IMG/VR virus record: IMGVR_UViG_3300037313_001400
Coordinates: 1-60,349 of that record
Length of the DNA: 60,349 bases
Source of the DNA: a virus
Taxonomy: Duplodnaviria; Caudoviricetes
Strand: one strand, 5' to 3'
Position 1 is the first letter of the stretch, and every line of letters begins with the position of its first letter. Positions 29,387 to 38,731 of this stretch are shown in pieces. Position numbers and translations under genes: made by a program. A model generated the notes under the pieces. That model worked only from the letters and a program-made list of their open reading frames with translations, did not search any database and was not told the origin of the DNA.

Positions 29387-29974
29387 TTAGTACTGCGGCA
29401 TTTCAACCCCGAGGTCCTTGAGCTTGCGGCGCGCGGTGGCGATCAGGGTCTTCTGCGCGCCCCCGTGAACCTTGGCGGACCAGTGGTCGTATCCGTTGAA
29501 CTTCATGGTCCAGAATCGGATCGCGGCGTCGCGGCAGATCATGATGCCGTCGTGGTAGATCGGGTTGCGAACCTCGTCGCCCTCATAGGTGGTGTGGAAT
29601 ACCTTCTCGGTGCGCGCCTCCTCGGGGCAGGAGCAGGTGTCCCAGTTGCATTCCTGAACCCCAACCCCGCGAAGAGCGGCGCCCATGATTTCCTCGACCT
29701 CGGCGGTGCCGTCGTAGTAGGAGTCAACGGCGGCCTTGAGGTCGGCGTCACCGGATTCGGAGGCGATGCGTCGCAGGGAGGCCATGATCTCCTCGATCTC
29801 AGCGTCACCCTGGTAGTAGGAGTCGATCGCCTCGCGCAGGGCGAACTTGAGGTCGCGGTTGGTGGGTTCAGCGATCACCGGGGCCTGAGCGGCGCGCGCC
29901 TTGCGGCACTTCGCGCGGTCGGCCTTGGTCGCGGGGTGGGTGCAGTCGGTGTGGGAGGTTCGCGTCGTCGTCAT
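29387..29974 (-). CDS. Early protein (leaderless) with SHxxCxHP..RAKCRK N-terminus and an internal repeat
   Basis: TTGACA-17-CATAAT, 6 nt, ATG; DSYY.G.AE.EEIM occurs twice. Confidence 0.75.
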   Translation of the reverse strand: MTTTRTSHTDCTHPATKADRAKCRKARAAQAPVIAEPTNRDLKFALREAIDSYYQGDAEIEEIMASLRRIASESGDADLKAAVDSYYDGTAEVEEIMGAALRGVGVQECNWDTCSCPEEARTEKVFHTTYEGDEVRNPIYHDGIMICRDAAIRFWTMKFNGYDHWSAKVHGGAQKTLIATARRKLKDLGVEMPQY

Positions 29975-30117
29975 GCCTTTATTATGCCACCTCGGCTCCA
30001 CGGTGTCAAGGAGGAAATCCCGGCCGTTTAAGGGGGTCCACACCGCGAGGCGTATGCTAGCATTCCTCAGCGGTCAACACACCGCAGAACCCCCCGTAGG
30101 GGGCCTGGGCGAGGGCA

Positions 30118-30300
30118 TTACCACCAGAGCGGCTGCGGGGACTGGGGGCGGAGGGACTCGTCGTACCCGCCCTGGGCCTCGAACCATTTGTCAAGGTCGA
30201 CGGGGTCGGCGGTCTCCAGGGCCTCGAACTCGTCGTGCGTCGGCGCGTAGGTCTTAACGAGGGAGACCCCCTTGATGCCCTTGCCGTCGGAGAATGCCAT
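30118..30300 (-). CDS. Small early protein
   Basis: GAAGGGACTGA leader motif. Confidence 0.65.
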   Translation of the reverse strand: MAFSDGKGIKGVSLVKTYAPTHDEFEALETADPVDLDKWFEAQGGYDESLRPQSPQPLWW

Positions 30301-30367
30301 GCTGATCAGTCCCTTCGATGTGGTGGGGGAGGGGGGCCAGAGTGACCCCCCTCAGGTCATGCGGTGG

Positions 30368-30640
30368 TCAGCGGGCGGCGATCCAGTCGCAGGCGGCCTG
30401 GAAACCCTGCTGGCAGTCGTCCTGCTTCGAGTCGGCGAAACCGTCGTTGAAGACCGCGACCCGGTCGACCTTCGGCGTGTCGCTGGTCGCCGCCTGGTAG
30501 AGACCGACCCCGGCGCCCATCAGGAAGGCGAGCATGAAGGGGGTCGCGATGACGATCAGCAGGTTGCGCAACCACTTCGGGAAGCGGCGGGGCGTCTGCA
30601 GGGTGGTGATGCGGGCGGCGGGGGTGATGCGGATGTTCAT
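30368..30640 (-). CDS. Early membrane protein
   Basis: TTGACA-17-TAAGGT promoter, GAAGGGACTGA leader, one TM helix. Confidence 0.7.
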   Translation of the reverse strand: MNIRITPAARITTLQTPRRFPKWLRNLLIVIATPFMLAFLMGAGVGLYQAATSDTPKVDRVAVFNDGFADSKQDDCQQGFQAACDWIAAR

Positions 30641-30681
30641 TGAGGTCAGTCCCTTCGGTGGTTGATGTTGATAGGTTAACC

Positions 30682-31002
30682 TTATACCCCGTCGGGCGGG
30701 GTGTCAAGGTCGATGTCGTTGATTTCCGCGACGCAGTCCCAGCAGAGGGGGTCGACGTCGATGGTGTCGGGCGCGGTGCAGGCGTTCTCTCCACACCTGC
30801 CGCAGATGGTGTCGCCGGGGATGGTGACCCCGAACTCGGTGCCCAGGGTGCGGATGATCGCCCTGGCGATCTCCTTGCGCGGGTCCAGACCGCCCGGGAG
30901 GGTCATCCCGATCATCTCGAGGGGCGGTTCGTCGACGGCGAATTCGGCATCGCCGACGGCGTTGATCACGGTGTGGAGAAAGAGGTGAAGGTTGTTGGTC
31001 AT
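30682..31002 (-). CDS. Early protein with two CxxC motifs (leaderless)
   Basis: TTGACA-17-TAGGGT, 6 nt, ATG. Confidence 0.7.
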   Translation of the reverse strand: MTNNLHLFLHTVINAVGDAEFAVDEPPLEMIGMTLPGGLDPRKEIARAIIRTLGTEFGVTIPGDTICGRCGENACTAPDTIDVDPLCWDCVAEINDIDLDTPPDGV

Positions 31003-31154
31003 GCCCTTACCCTATCTCTTCCTCGGGGTGGTGTCAAGGGGCAATCCTCGGCACTTTAAGGGGGTGTAGAGGCGATGACCCTGGCGTGGAATGCCAGCAT
31101 ACCCCGTCGCCCCATACACGGCGAGAGGGCGCTTGCGCGCCCCCTGCCACCCCG

Positions 31155-31352
31155 TCAGTCCTCCGGCATCAGATCGCGCTCGTGCAGATATTCGCCTGCC
31201 AACTTCGCGATGACCAGCGCCAGCACCCTTGCGTTGCCTCCCTCAGCATCCGCGCGACCTTTCAGATCGCCGCACATCGCCTCATCGATCATCTCGCACA
31301 GTTCGTGCGCCAGTTCTGCTTCACCCTTGATGATCTTCGCGTTCAGTGTCAT
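31155..31352 (-). CDS. Small early protein (leaderless)
   Basis: TTGACA-18-TACTAT, 6 nt, ATG. Confidence 0.7.
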   Translation of the reverse strand: MTLNAKIIKGEAELAHELCEMIDEAMCGDLKGRADAEGGNARVLALVIAKLAGEYLHERDLMPED

Positions 31353-31410
31353 GTATACATAGTATCGTCCCCCCAACCCCGTTGTCAAGGTCAGGGGGAC
31401 GATGTTTAGA

Positions 31411-31830
31411 TCAGACCTCGGCGTCGTCGTCCTCGAGCAGGGCGGCGATCTCCTCGTCGGTCGGGCCCTCGATGCCGTCGAGGTCCTCGTCCTCGTCGTT
31501 GATGTCCTCGTTACCGCCCTCGTCGGTCGGCGTGATGATCGCCTCGGCGGGCGCCGGCTTCTTGATCGCCTCCAGGGCGATCCGGCGCGCCTCCTTCGCC
31601 TCCTCCTGGGCGATCTCCCAGGCGGCGAACTTCTTCTTCATCGCCGCGACCTCGCGCTTGTTCATCTCCAGGGCGTAGCGCGACCCCTTGCCGACCACCG
31701 CCTTGCCCTCACCCAACTCGTCGCGCAGAAACTTCCGCAGCGTGCGGGTCGCGGCCTTCTTGTTCGTCTCGACGGCCTCCTCGCCCATGATGGCGACGGC
31801 GAGGGAGGAGGTGGTGTAGATCTCGGCCAT
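31411..31830 (-). CDS. Early DNA-binding-like protein with acidic tail
   Basis: RTLRKFLRD...VGKGSRY motif shared with 39998-40459. Confidence 0.75.
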   Translation of the reverse strand: MAEIYTTSSLAVAIMGEEAVETNKKAATRTLRKFLRDELGEGKAVVGKGSRYALEMNKREVAAMKKKFAAWEIAQEEAKEARRIALEAIKKPAPAEAIITPTDEGGNEDINDEDEDLDGIEGPTDEEIAALLEDDDAEV

Positions 31831-31953
31831 TTCGATCAGTCCCTTCGGTGTGGGGGTCATGCCCCCTCGTTGATGAGTTAATTCTTGCATCCTGCGGGGG
31901 GCGTTGTCAAGGCGCCCCCGTAATAACCTTAGGTATCAGTTTTGACAGCAAAA

Positions 31954-31971
31954 TGCCCCCTTTCGGGGGCA
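31954..31971 (-). terminator. Intrinsic terminator
   Basis: TGCCCCC-GAAA-GGGGGCA followed by TTTT on the minus strand. Confidence 0.75.
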
Positions 31972-31979
31972 CTGAGCGA

Positions 31980-32282
31980 TTAGCGTCGCGAAGGGTCAAT
32001 CCATCCCTTCGGGAGGATATGGGCGATTTGAGCGTTACGGGCGTTATAAAGCATTTCATCGCTTTCGATCACGATCGCGTCGCGAAGGGCGTTTTCCACC
32101 GCTTCGATCGCTTCATCACGCGATGAGAAGTGATATCCCGGCATGACCAGATTCGTGTCATCGATCATCGGGATGGCATGCACATTCATCCCTCGCTTAT
32201 TCGCGTGCCGGCAATTGCGATTCGCCCCCTTGCATCCCTCGATGATTTGAATGCGCGCGCTGTCATTGATGACGATGATCAT
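31980..32282 (-). CDS. Probable first early gene, hypothetical
   Basis: TTGACA promoter at 32336-32341, GAAGGGGA RBS, own terminator; atypical codons. Confidence 0.65.
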   Translation of the reverse strand: MIIVINDSARIQIIEGCKGANRNCRHANKRGMNVHAIPMIDDTNLVMPGYHFSSRDEAIEAVENALRDAIVIESDEMLYNARNAQIAHILPKGWIDPSRR

Positions 32283-32349
32283 GATGCGAATCCCCTTCGT
32301 GTTGATGCATCTAGTATCGCATCATCGCGCGACGATGTCAAACGGCGTT

Positions 32350-33630
32350 AACCGCGTCGTGCAGGCGATTTCCCACACCGAAGGAATGCTAGCATTCGAC
32401 GATGTCGCTGATCATGCGCGCATGACGTCGTGCAGAGCGTCAGTGACGGCGTTGCGCATCGCGATACACCGTCATAACTGATCATGAAAATCGGACATTT
32501 GCGGATATTTTACACTGTTCAAACCGTCCGTTTTGGCGGGAATGGGGGAGTTGATAGCATTGTCTTGTACGACCACGATGTCCGATTTGGACGGGACCAC
32601 TCGGTTTGGGAGATTCCTCCACACCCGAGAAGGTCATCCGAATCGTCCTGATTGCCGAGCGGGCAAAAGTTCCCGCGAATCTCCCAGCAGCTACGTGGCA
32701 ATATACAACAAACGATCTGGGATCTCGACTGCGGACCGAGAAAAGATTAATCCGTAGATCCGGGTATTAAAAGCAGGGTACTATACCACGGTCAGATTGT
32801 TTAGACTTTTAGACCCTCGCGATTCGGTCTAAACAACTAATACGGTGTACGGACCTATCCCAGTTTCATCCCCTCCGGCAAGCCTCGGTATAGCATATCT
32901 GCTGTCATCTCTATGAGATAATTGCCCGGTCCCACGTTATATCCCAGGAGATATCCCGTCTCCGGCATACATGGCAGCCTATAGCTGGGACGGGTCCACG
33001 GATATAACGCGGGACCGTACCCATCGACTTTGCCGGCATGGGCTGAAGCGGACCAAACTCTACGGAAGTGTACGGAAAACTCTGGGGAAAACTCCGTTGT
33101 TTCTGACAGTGCTCCTTGGAGTGTTCCACGTGTGCCCGGTTGTCCTCTGTAGAGCGTTGCCTATGTACCCGGCCGCGGAATAGTCCGGGGATAACTCCGT
33201 CCGTAGGCACCGTCAGATGTGTGCCGACCAGCCCCAATCAACCTCCCTAACCACGTACCAGAACTTCATCCCGGTCCCGCAGTTCCTCCCAAGAATGTTT
33301 ACCCAGCCCCGTATCACACCCCCGTACCGAGCATCACCCATCATCACTCCCGACCCCGTCTACCCAGCAGCCCAACAATTCACCCCGTTACAGACATCGG
33401 GCATCACCCAGAGCTATCCCGACCATACTCACTGGCCCTTCCGACCATACTTACTTCCCAAGTCATCATGAAAGCCCCCGTCATGTATCGCGCTGCATCG
33501 CGACTCATCGCATCGAATCAGCATGCTCTCTGACGACACATAAAGAAGGCCCTAATCGGGTGAGATATCAAGCGGAATAATTCTGACCCGCCCAATAAGC
33601 CCGCCCAATCAGGGCCCTCTCTGAGTCAAT
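32350..33630. other. 1.3-kb non-coding region (candidate genome end or origin)
   Basis: Motif clusters, long hairpin, C-skewed tract, no convincing ORF. Confidence 0.55.
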
Positions 33631-33633
33631 CAG

Positions 33634-33867
33634 CTAGCAATCGAGCCTGGCCCCACTGATAGCCCGGGCCATCATCTGGGCGACAGCCTCACCCATGGTC
33701 TCGCCCTTACCGCTCCAGTAAGTATGGTCCTCATATCGGCGACCACTCACCTTGTACTCCGTAGCCGGACCCAGGGCCTTACTCCACTTCAGGTCCTCGA
33801 GCTCCAGAGTACCCACCCTGCCATCCTCGTATCGGATCTGCAGCTGAGCCCGGATAGGCTGCTTCAT
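33634..33867 (-). CDS. Hypothetical protein
   Basis: ATGA coupling to the upstream gene (MKQPIRAQ). Confidence 0.6.
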   Translation of the reverse strand: MKQPIRAQLQIRYEDGRVGTLELEDLKWSKALGPATEYKVSGRRYEDHTYWSGKGETMGEAVAQMMARAISGARLDC

Positions 33868-34355
33868 TCCCCTACCACCTTTCCATCCTTCGGGCAGAAC
33901 CTCCACCCAGTCTGAAGGAACATCCCACACGAAGCGCATCGCGTCTCGGTGGCCCCGGTCTTGAATTCCCCGCCGGCAAGAGCCTGCATCGCATCCCGAC
34001 CGATGTTCCTCAGTCGCTTGTCCATGGCCTTCTTGAGCTCCAGGGCCATCTCATCCAGCACCACGAAGTTGCGCTTGTATCGCTTTCCATTCGTCTTGGC
34101 GCCTCGACCCCGGGCCTTGCCCAGAGCCCCCTGTTCCTGCTGGGCGGCAGCCACCTGAGAGCCACCTCCATCGGACTTCAGCGCCAGACTGAAGATCGTG
34201 GCATAGACCTCGAGGAAGCCCCGAGGCAGAAAGTACAGCACCTCCATCGACACCTGAGCATGCGGCACGCCCGCCGCAGCCCGGATCTCAGCGAGACGAG
34301 CTCGAACCTTGTCGTCGAGCAGGTCAGTTCCAGGTGCAGCGAGCGGCCGCGTCAT
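33864..34355 (-). CDS. Hypothetical protein with C-terminal Zn ribbon
   Basis: RCASCG...WRFCPKDG. Confidence 0.7.
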   Translation of the reverse strand: MTRPLAAPGTDLLDDKVRARLAEIRAAAGVPHAQVSMEVLYFLPRGFLEVYATIFSLALKSDGGGSQVAAAQQEQGALGKARGRGAKTNGKRYKRNFVVLDEMALELKKAMDKRLRNIGRDAMQALAGGEFKTGATETRCASCGMFLQTGWRFCPKDGKVVGE

Positions 34356-34361
34356 TCAGCT

Positions 34362-34625
34362 TCAGTCCTTCCGAGTGCTCAGGTAGTCCTGCGCAGCCTT
34401 GTCGAAGGGCTGCAGCTTGGTCCGTCCGGTGGTGATGTCTATGGTGTGGATGAGGGTCGTGGGCTCGGGGTCGGTGGGCCTCAGCAGGTACCAGGCCGTG
34501 CCGGCGATGATGATGGCCACCACCCACGAGACGTGGAGGAAGATCATCGCCCCTGCCCCAGCCGCGAGGGCCAGTATCTTTGTCGTCATGCCTAGTACCT
34601 TATACTCCGGCTGGCCCTCGGTCAA
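34362..34625 (-). CDS. Small membrane protein
   Basis: Two hydrophobic segments; start uncertain. Confidence 0.6.
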   Translation of the reverse strand: MTEGQPEYKVLGMTTKILALAAGAGAMIFLHVSWVVAIIIAGTAWYLLRPTDPEPTTLIHTIDITTGRTKLQPFDKAAQDYLSTRKD

Positions 34626-34630
34626 TAGCC

Positions 34631-35125
34631 CTAGTCACCCCCGTTCTCGTCTCGTGATTCCGGACGTGGGTTGGACCATCCGCCGAGTCGAGTCTTTTCC
34701 CTGAGCCACTCCCTTATCTCCCCGAAGACATCATCCCCGATCCTCCACACCATCGGGAGGCCCTCGCGACCATTCTCCTCATCGATCACGAAGCCCTTGG
34801 CCTTGTACTCCCTGAGTTCCCAGATGACCGCGTCCATGGGCCATCCCAGCTTGACTGCGATGTTCTTCGGTGTGATGGGCCCCATGACCATCACCAGCCA
34901 GAGGATGGGATGATCCTGCCTGAGTTCATCCATTTCACTGAGCCAGTAGTTGTCGTCCTCGTCGATCTCGAGACGCCATTCGTAGTAGCTCATATTCCAC
35001 ACCCTCATTTCCCCCTGTCGCGCAGGGTTCGGTTTTATGTTATGGCACGCGAGCCGCGAAGCGGTAGCGAGTGTGACGTAATGTAAGGGCGAAAACCCTA
35101 GTGGGAGTTCAGGTGATTCAACCAC
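34631..35125 (-). CDS. Winged-HTH-like protein
   Basis: GPITPKNIAVKLGWP...VIWELREYKAKGFV; start uncertain. Confidence 0.5.
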   Translation of the reverse strand: MVESPELPLGFSPLHYVTLATASRLACHNIKPNPARQGEMRVWNMSYYEWRLEIDEDDNYWLSEMDELRQDHPILWLVMVMGPITPKNIAVKLGWPMDAVIWELREYKAKGFVIDEENGREGLPMVWRIGDDVFGEIREWLREKTRLGGWSNPRPESRDENGGD

Positions 35126-35406
35126 CTCTTCCTCAAGTTCTTGTGCTCGGTGTGGACGAGGCGATAAGTCTTGCCCCAGAGCTTTACTGTGCCCGCATTG
35201 AGGGCCTTGTCGATCTCTCTATCGAGCCTGTTAGCCCAAGCGGGGAATCGGAACTCGAGTTGTTCGTGGGTGCAGTTGCCCTCGCGAATGAGGGCCCACA
35301 CGATGGGGTCGGTTCGATAGAGAGCTCGGACTAGCTCTTTGGTTTCGATGCGACGCTTGCGTTTGATGAGCTTCTGGAAGCCTGGATCTGCATAGGGGTT
35401 ACGCAT
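35098..35406 (-). CDS. Hypothetical basic protein
   Basis: 102-aa ORF with plausible RBS. Confidence 0.55.
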   Translation of the reverse strand: MRNPYADPGFQKLIKRKRRIETKELVRALYRTDPIVWALIREGNCTHEQLEFRFPAWANRLDREIDKALNAGTVKLWGKTYRLVHTEHKNLRKRWLNHLNSH

Positions 35407-35637
35407 TGCTTTTACACCCTTCGATTTTTTAGATTGTTAGTTATTAAGTTGCCATTTCTCTCAGCTTCGCTGAGAAATGATCGCGTCGCCCGCACGAGGG
35501 GATTCATGGGGGGCCACCACTGTGGGGGACATATCGGACGTCGCTTGAGTTGTTTAGACTTTTTTAGAGTCTAAAAAGCCTGTTCAGGGAAGGAGGGCCG
35601 GCTAGGAGATGTCGACCCTCCTTATGCGCGCGAGGGG

Positions 35638-37701
35638 TTACAGCAGTCGCCAGTGCTTGCCCTCTTGCACGATGAGCCCCTGAGTCTTAAGGTCCCTGAG
35701 CCTACGGTAGGTCGGGTGGTAGTCAGCCTTGAGGGCGGTGGCGATATCCTGGGTGGCCATGGCCCCGCCCTGTGACATGAAGTCGAGCAGCAGGGCCTTT
35801 GCGTCAGGCCCACGGTCTCGCTTGGGTGTGGAGGATCGTCGGCTGCGGCTGGTGGGCACCGGCTCGGGGGCCGGCTTATCCTTGGGCTCGAAGAAGGGCG
35901 TCCAGCCCTTGTTGTCGAGGCCGCCGATGGTGTAGGTATCACCGGGGGCTGACTTGGACTCGAATTCCATGCTCACGTAGCCGGGCTTGAGGCGGCTAAC
36001 GTAGAGACTGTCCTCGGACCAGGCATGGTTGGCGGTACCGCCCAGCATCTTCTGACCGCCTCGTCGGCTGTCAGCCTCGCCTCCGCCCTTGCCCATGTGG
36101 TGGATGAAGCGGAGGGCGGTGTCGTGCTTTCGCATGAGGAGCTTCATGGGCTTGTAGATCTGCGAGGTCATCTGCTGGCTTTTGTTCTCATCGACGTCGC
36201 CGGCAACGTTCATGAGGGTGTCGATGATGACCATGTGATAGGGTCGGCCGTCCATGCCCTCGGCGAGGGTCTCGTCCAGCCACTCCTGCCAGTCGCCCTG
36301 GCTAGCGATGAAGCCTGACTGCAGCACGATGTTGATGTCAGGGTCGAAGTCGTTGTGACTACCCGGCTCCCAGAGCACGGCCTGGTTGTTATCCATGAGC
36401 CTGAGTCGGTCCGTGGTCTTGCCGCGCCAGATCTTCTTGACTCGGCTATTGACCATGATGGCGGGGTCCTCCTCCTGGATGTAGAGGACCGGGCCGGGAC
36501 GAACTACCCTGAAGTAGTCGAGGAAGTCAGCTCCGGTGGCGATGCTGAGCCCGAGGTCGAGGCCCATCCAGGACTTGTAGCTCTTCGGCTGGCCGGCCAA
36601 GAAGCCCATACTGCCCCAGGTGGCGATGCCCTCGACGAGCCAGGTAGGCGGCTTCACGTCCTTAAGGAAGAGCGCAATGCGCATCGGCTTGGGCTTCGGT
36701 TCCGCCAGCTCCTCGAGAGCTTCCTCGGTCTCCGGTGAGCGTTGCCCGATGGCCTTCGTCGCTTCGGTGATGAGCCGCTTGATCTCATCGCCCCGACCCT
36801 CGAACTTGTTCCAGACCGTACCTCGAGCTACCGCCACGATCTCCTGAACGGTGCAACCCACGTCGGCGAGGCATCGGATCAGGTACCAGAGGTTGTCCCC
36901 CCGAGTCCCTTGGGGTCCTGCAGCATTGCGTGCGGCGAGCAATTCCCGAGCTCGCTGGTTCAGCTTTAGCTTGACTCGGTCGATGACCTTGTGTCGGTCC
37001 ACACCATCGATGTCGGATTCGATGATGGCCCCGAGAGCCTCGGCGGTGAGAGCCCCCTTGACCTCCGGCAGGCTCTTGAAGTCGTCCATTTCATAGAGAG
37101 GGCCTCGCTCCCAGAGCAACTTGCCGATCGGAGGCTTACCGTTCTTAGCGTTCTCCGGCTTGTGGTTCGGCCAGCCCGGGATACGCAGCAGCTGAGTGGT
37201 GTCCCAGCCCGACTTGTCGGCGTCGAGGTAGTACGTCAGTCGCTGATTTTCCTGACCCGACCAGCTCGCCCCCTGAAAATCCCCGAGCTCGGGGTTACCG
37301 AGCCAGAGCCCCTGGAATCGCCCGGGCGATGACTGCCAGGCAACGGTAGGCTTGAAGTCCTCATTGCCATTCAGGAGCCTGGGGTCGGCCTCATCGAGAT
37401 CCGCCCATAGGGCGTGCTCGTCCATCGCCAGTTCGATCTGACGATCGGGCCCCTCGAAGATGCTGGGGCACCAGTAGAGGTCATGCTGGGTGTGGGCCGC
37501 CATGTGCTCGAGGATGGCCGCCTTCTCCTCCGGCCACTTGAACGCCCTGTTCTCATGGTAACCCGCGCGCCTCAGTCCCACTCGAGCCTGCTCGGCTCGG
37601 TCGATGTGTGGAAAGAAGACATAGCCGTCCTGCTTACCCCACGCACGCGAGATAATACGAAGGGCCTTGCTGAGTTCGACCGAGGGCTTAGGTCCGGTCA
37701 C
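35638..37701 (-). CDS. Primase-helicase (RepB-like primase plus RecA/AAA_25-type helicase)
   Basis: LWADLD, SSPGRFQGLW, LLRIPGWPNHK; GQPKSYKS Walker A, VLYIQEED, IIDTL, IHHMGK. Confidence 0.9.
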   Translation of the reverse strand: MTGPKPSVELSKALRIISRAWGKQDGYVFFPHIDRAEQARVGLRRAGYHENRAFKWPEEKAAILEHMAAHTQHDLYWCPSIFEGPDRQIELAMDEHALWADLDEADPRLLNGNEDFKPTVAWQSSPGRFQGLWLGNPELGDFQGASWSGQENQRLTYYLDADKSGWDTTQLLRIPGWPNHKPENAKNGKPPIGKLLWERGPLYEMDDFKSLPEVKGALTAEALGAIIESDIDGVDRHKVIDRVKLKLNQRARELLAARNAAGPQGTRGDNLWYLIRCLADVGCTVQEIVAVARGTVWNKFEGRGDEIKRLITEATKAIGQRSPETEEALEELAEPKPKPMRIALFLKDVKPPTWLVEGIATWGSMGFLAGQPKSYKSWMGLDLGLSIATGADFLDYFRVVRPGPVLYIQEEDPAIMVNSRVKKIWRGKTTDRLRLMDNNQAVLWEPGSHNDFDPDINIVLQSGFIASQGDWQEWLDETLAEGMDGRPYHMVIIDTLMNVAGDVDENKSQQMTSQIYKPMKLLMRKHDTALRFIHHMGKGGGEADSRRGGQKMLGGTANHAWSEDSLYVSRLKPGYVSMEFESKSAPGDTYTIGGLDNKGWTPFFEPKDKPAPEPVPTSRSRRSSTPKRDRGPDAKALLLDFMSQGGAMATQDIATALKADYHPTYRRLRDLKTQGLIVQEGKHWRLL

Positions 37702-37949
37702 AGGGTACCGTCCTCGAAGGCGGCATAGAGCTTCTCCGTGATGCTGCGGATCGCCTGGACCTTGGGGTCATCGGGGTCAGGCCGGCGCTCCTTGCCCTTG
37801 GCGGCGAGGATCTCCTTGTTGAGGAAGTCCTTCACGTCAGCTCGGAGACTGGTCTTGCCCGCCTCCACGCCCTGCTTGTAGACCTTCGAGGCGAGGGCGT
37901 CCAACTCGTCGAAGTCCTGGGGCAAGTGCTCCCCAACGTCGATCGCCAT
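37698..37949 (-). CDS. Hypothetical protein
   Basis: GGAGGAAGG RBS before MAIDVGE. Confidence 0.65.
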   Translation of the reverse strand: MAIDVGEHLPQDFDELDALASKVYKQGVEAGKTSLRADVKDFLNKEILAAKGKERRPDPDDPKVQAIRSITEKLYAAFEDGTL

Positions 37950-38129
37950 TACTACACCTTCCTCCGTTGCTGATTGTTTAGATCGATGCACCCACAATAT
38001 CAGGTCTAATAAACTGAGGGGGGCTTAACAAGATCGACCATTCCAGTAGAAGCCCCGTTGCCTTGACCCGTCATTCGCCCTCGGCATACGATTGCTTCAT
38101 CGATTCACCGCCTTGACCGAGGAGCCCAG

Positions 38130-38723
38130 TTGATCACCCTTCCCGAGTTGTTGCGAGACTCGGAGTACCGGAAGTTCTTCATGACGGTACCCAAGACCAT
38201 ACTGACTCCCGGTCGTCAGCCCTGGCGCCTCTTCGTTCAGAAGCAGGCCGACGGGCCCTGGTCCAAGAGGGAGTTCGAAAAGTATGGTGACGCCTTCCGT
38301 GCCCTGGTCCCCTACCTCCGCGAGAAGGGGTGCCACGACGCCACCATCCAGTCGCGAGGTATCGCCTACGCACCTCCTCGGCGCATCGTTCGGGTCAAGA
38401 AGAACGGTAAGCCTCTCATCCAGGTCGGCAGCAACGGCAAGCGCGAGCAGAAGACCGTCCTCATCGAGTGGAAGCCGAAGCTCCCGACCGACGAGGAGCC
38501 CCATACCTGGTGCACCTACTGCCGTCGTCCTACGGTCTTCAGGTGGTTTCGCAGTCACCACGCTCTCCGAAGCTTTGGGCTCTCGGAGCTGGTCAACCCG
38601 GCCGACCGTCGCTGCACCATCTGTGGTACTCGAGAGGATTTCGTCCGATCGACTCTGGGCACTGCCCGCCCGGTTGGGTACGACCCTCGCACTGCCCTCA
38701 GCACCCGACGCTCCACCCGTTAG
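38130..38723 (+). CDS. Basic Zn-finger protein
   Basis: TTGACC-18-TACGAT promoter, GAGGAG RBS; WCTYCRRPT, RCTICG. Confidence 0.75.
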   Translation: MITLPELLRDSEYRKFFMTVPKTILTPGRQPWRLFVQKQADGPWSKREFEKYGDAFRALVPYLREKGCHDATIQSRGIAYAPPRRIVRVKKNGKPLIQVGSNGKREQKTVLIEWKPKLPTDEEPHTWCTYCRRPTVFRWFRSHHALRSFGLSELVNPADRRCTICGTREDFVRSTLGTARPVGYDPRTALSTRRSTR

Positions 38724-38731
38724 GAGTTCAC

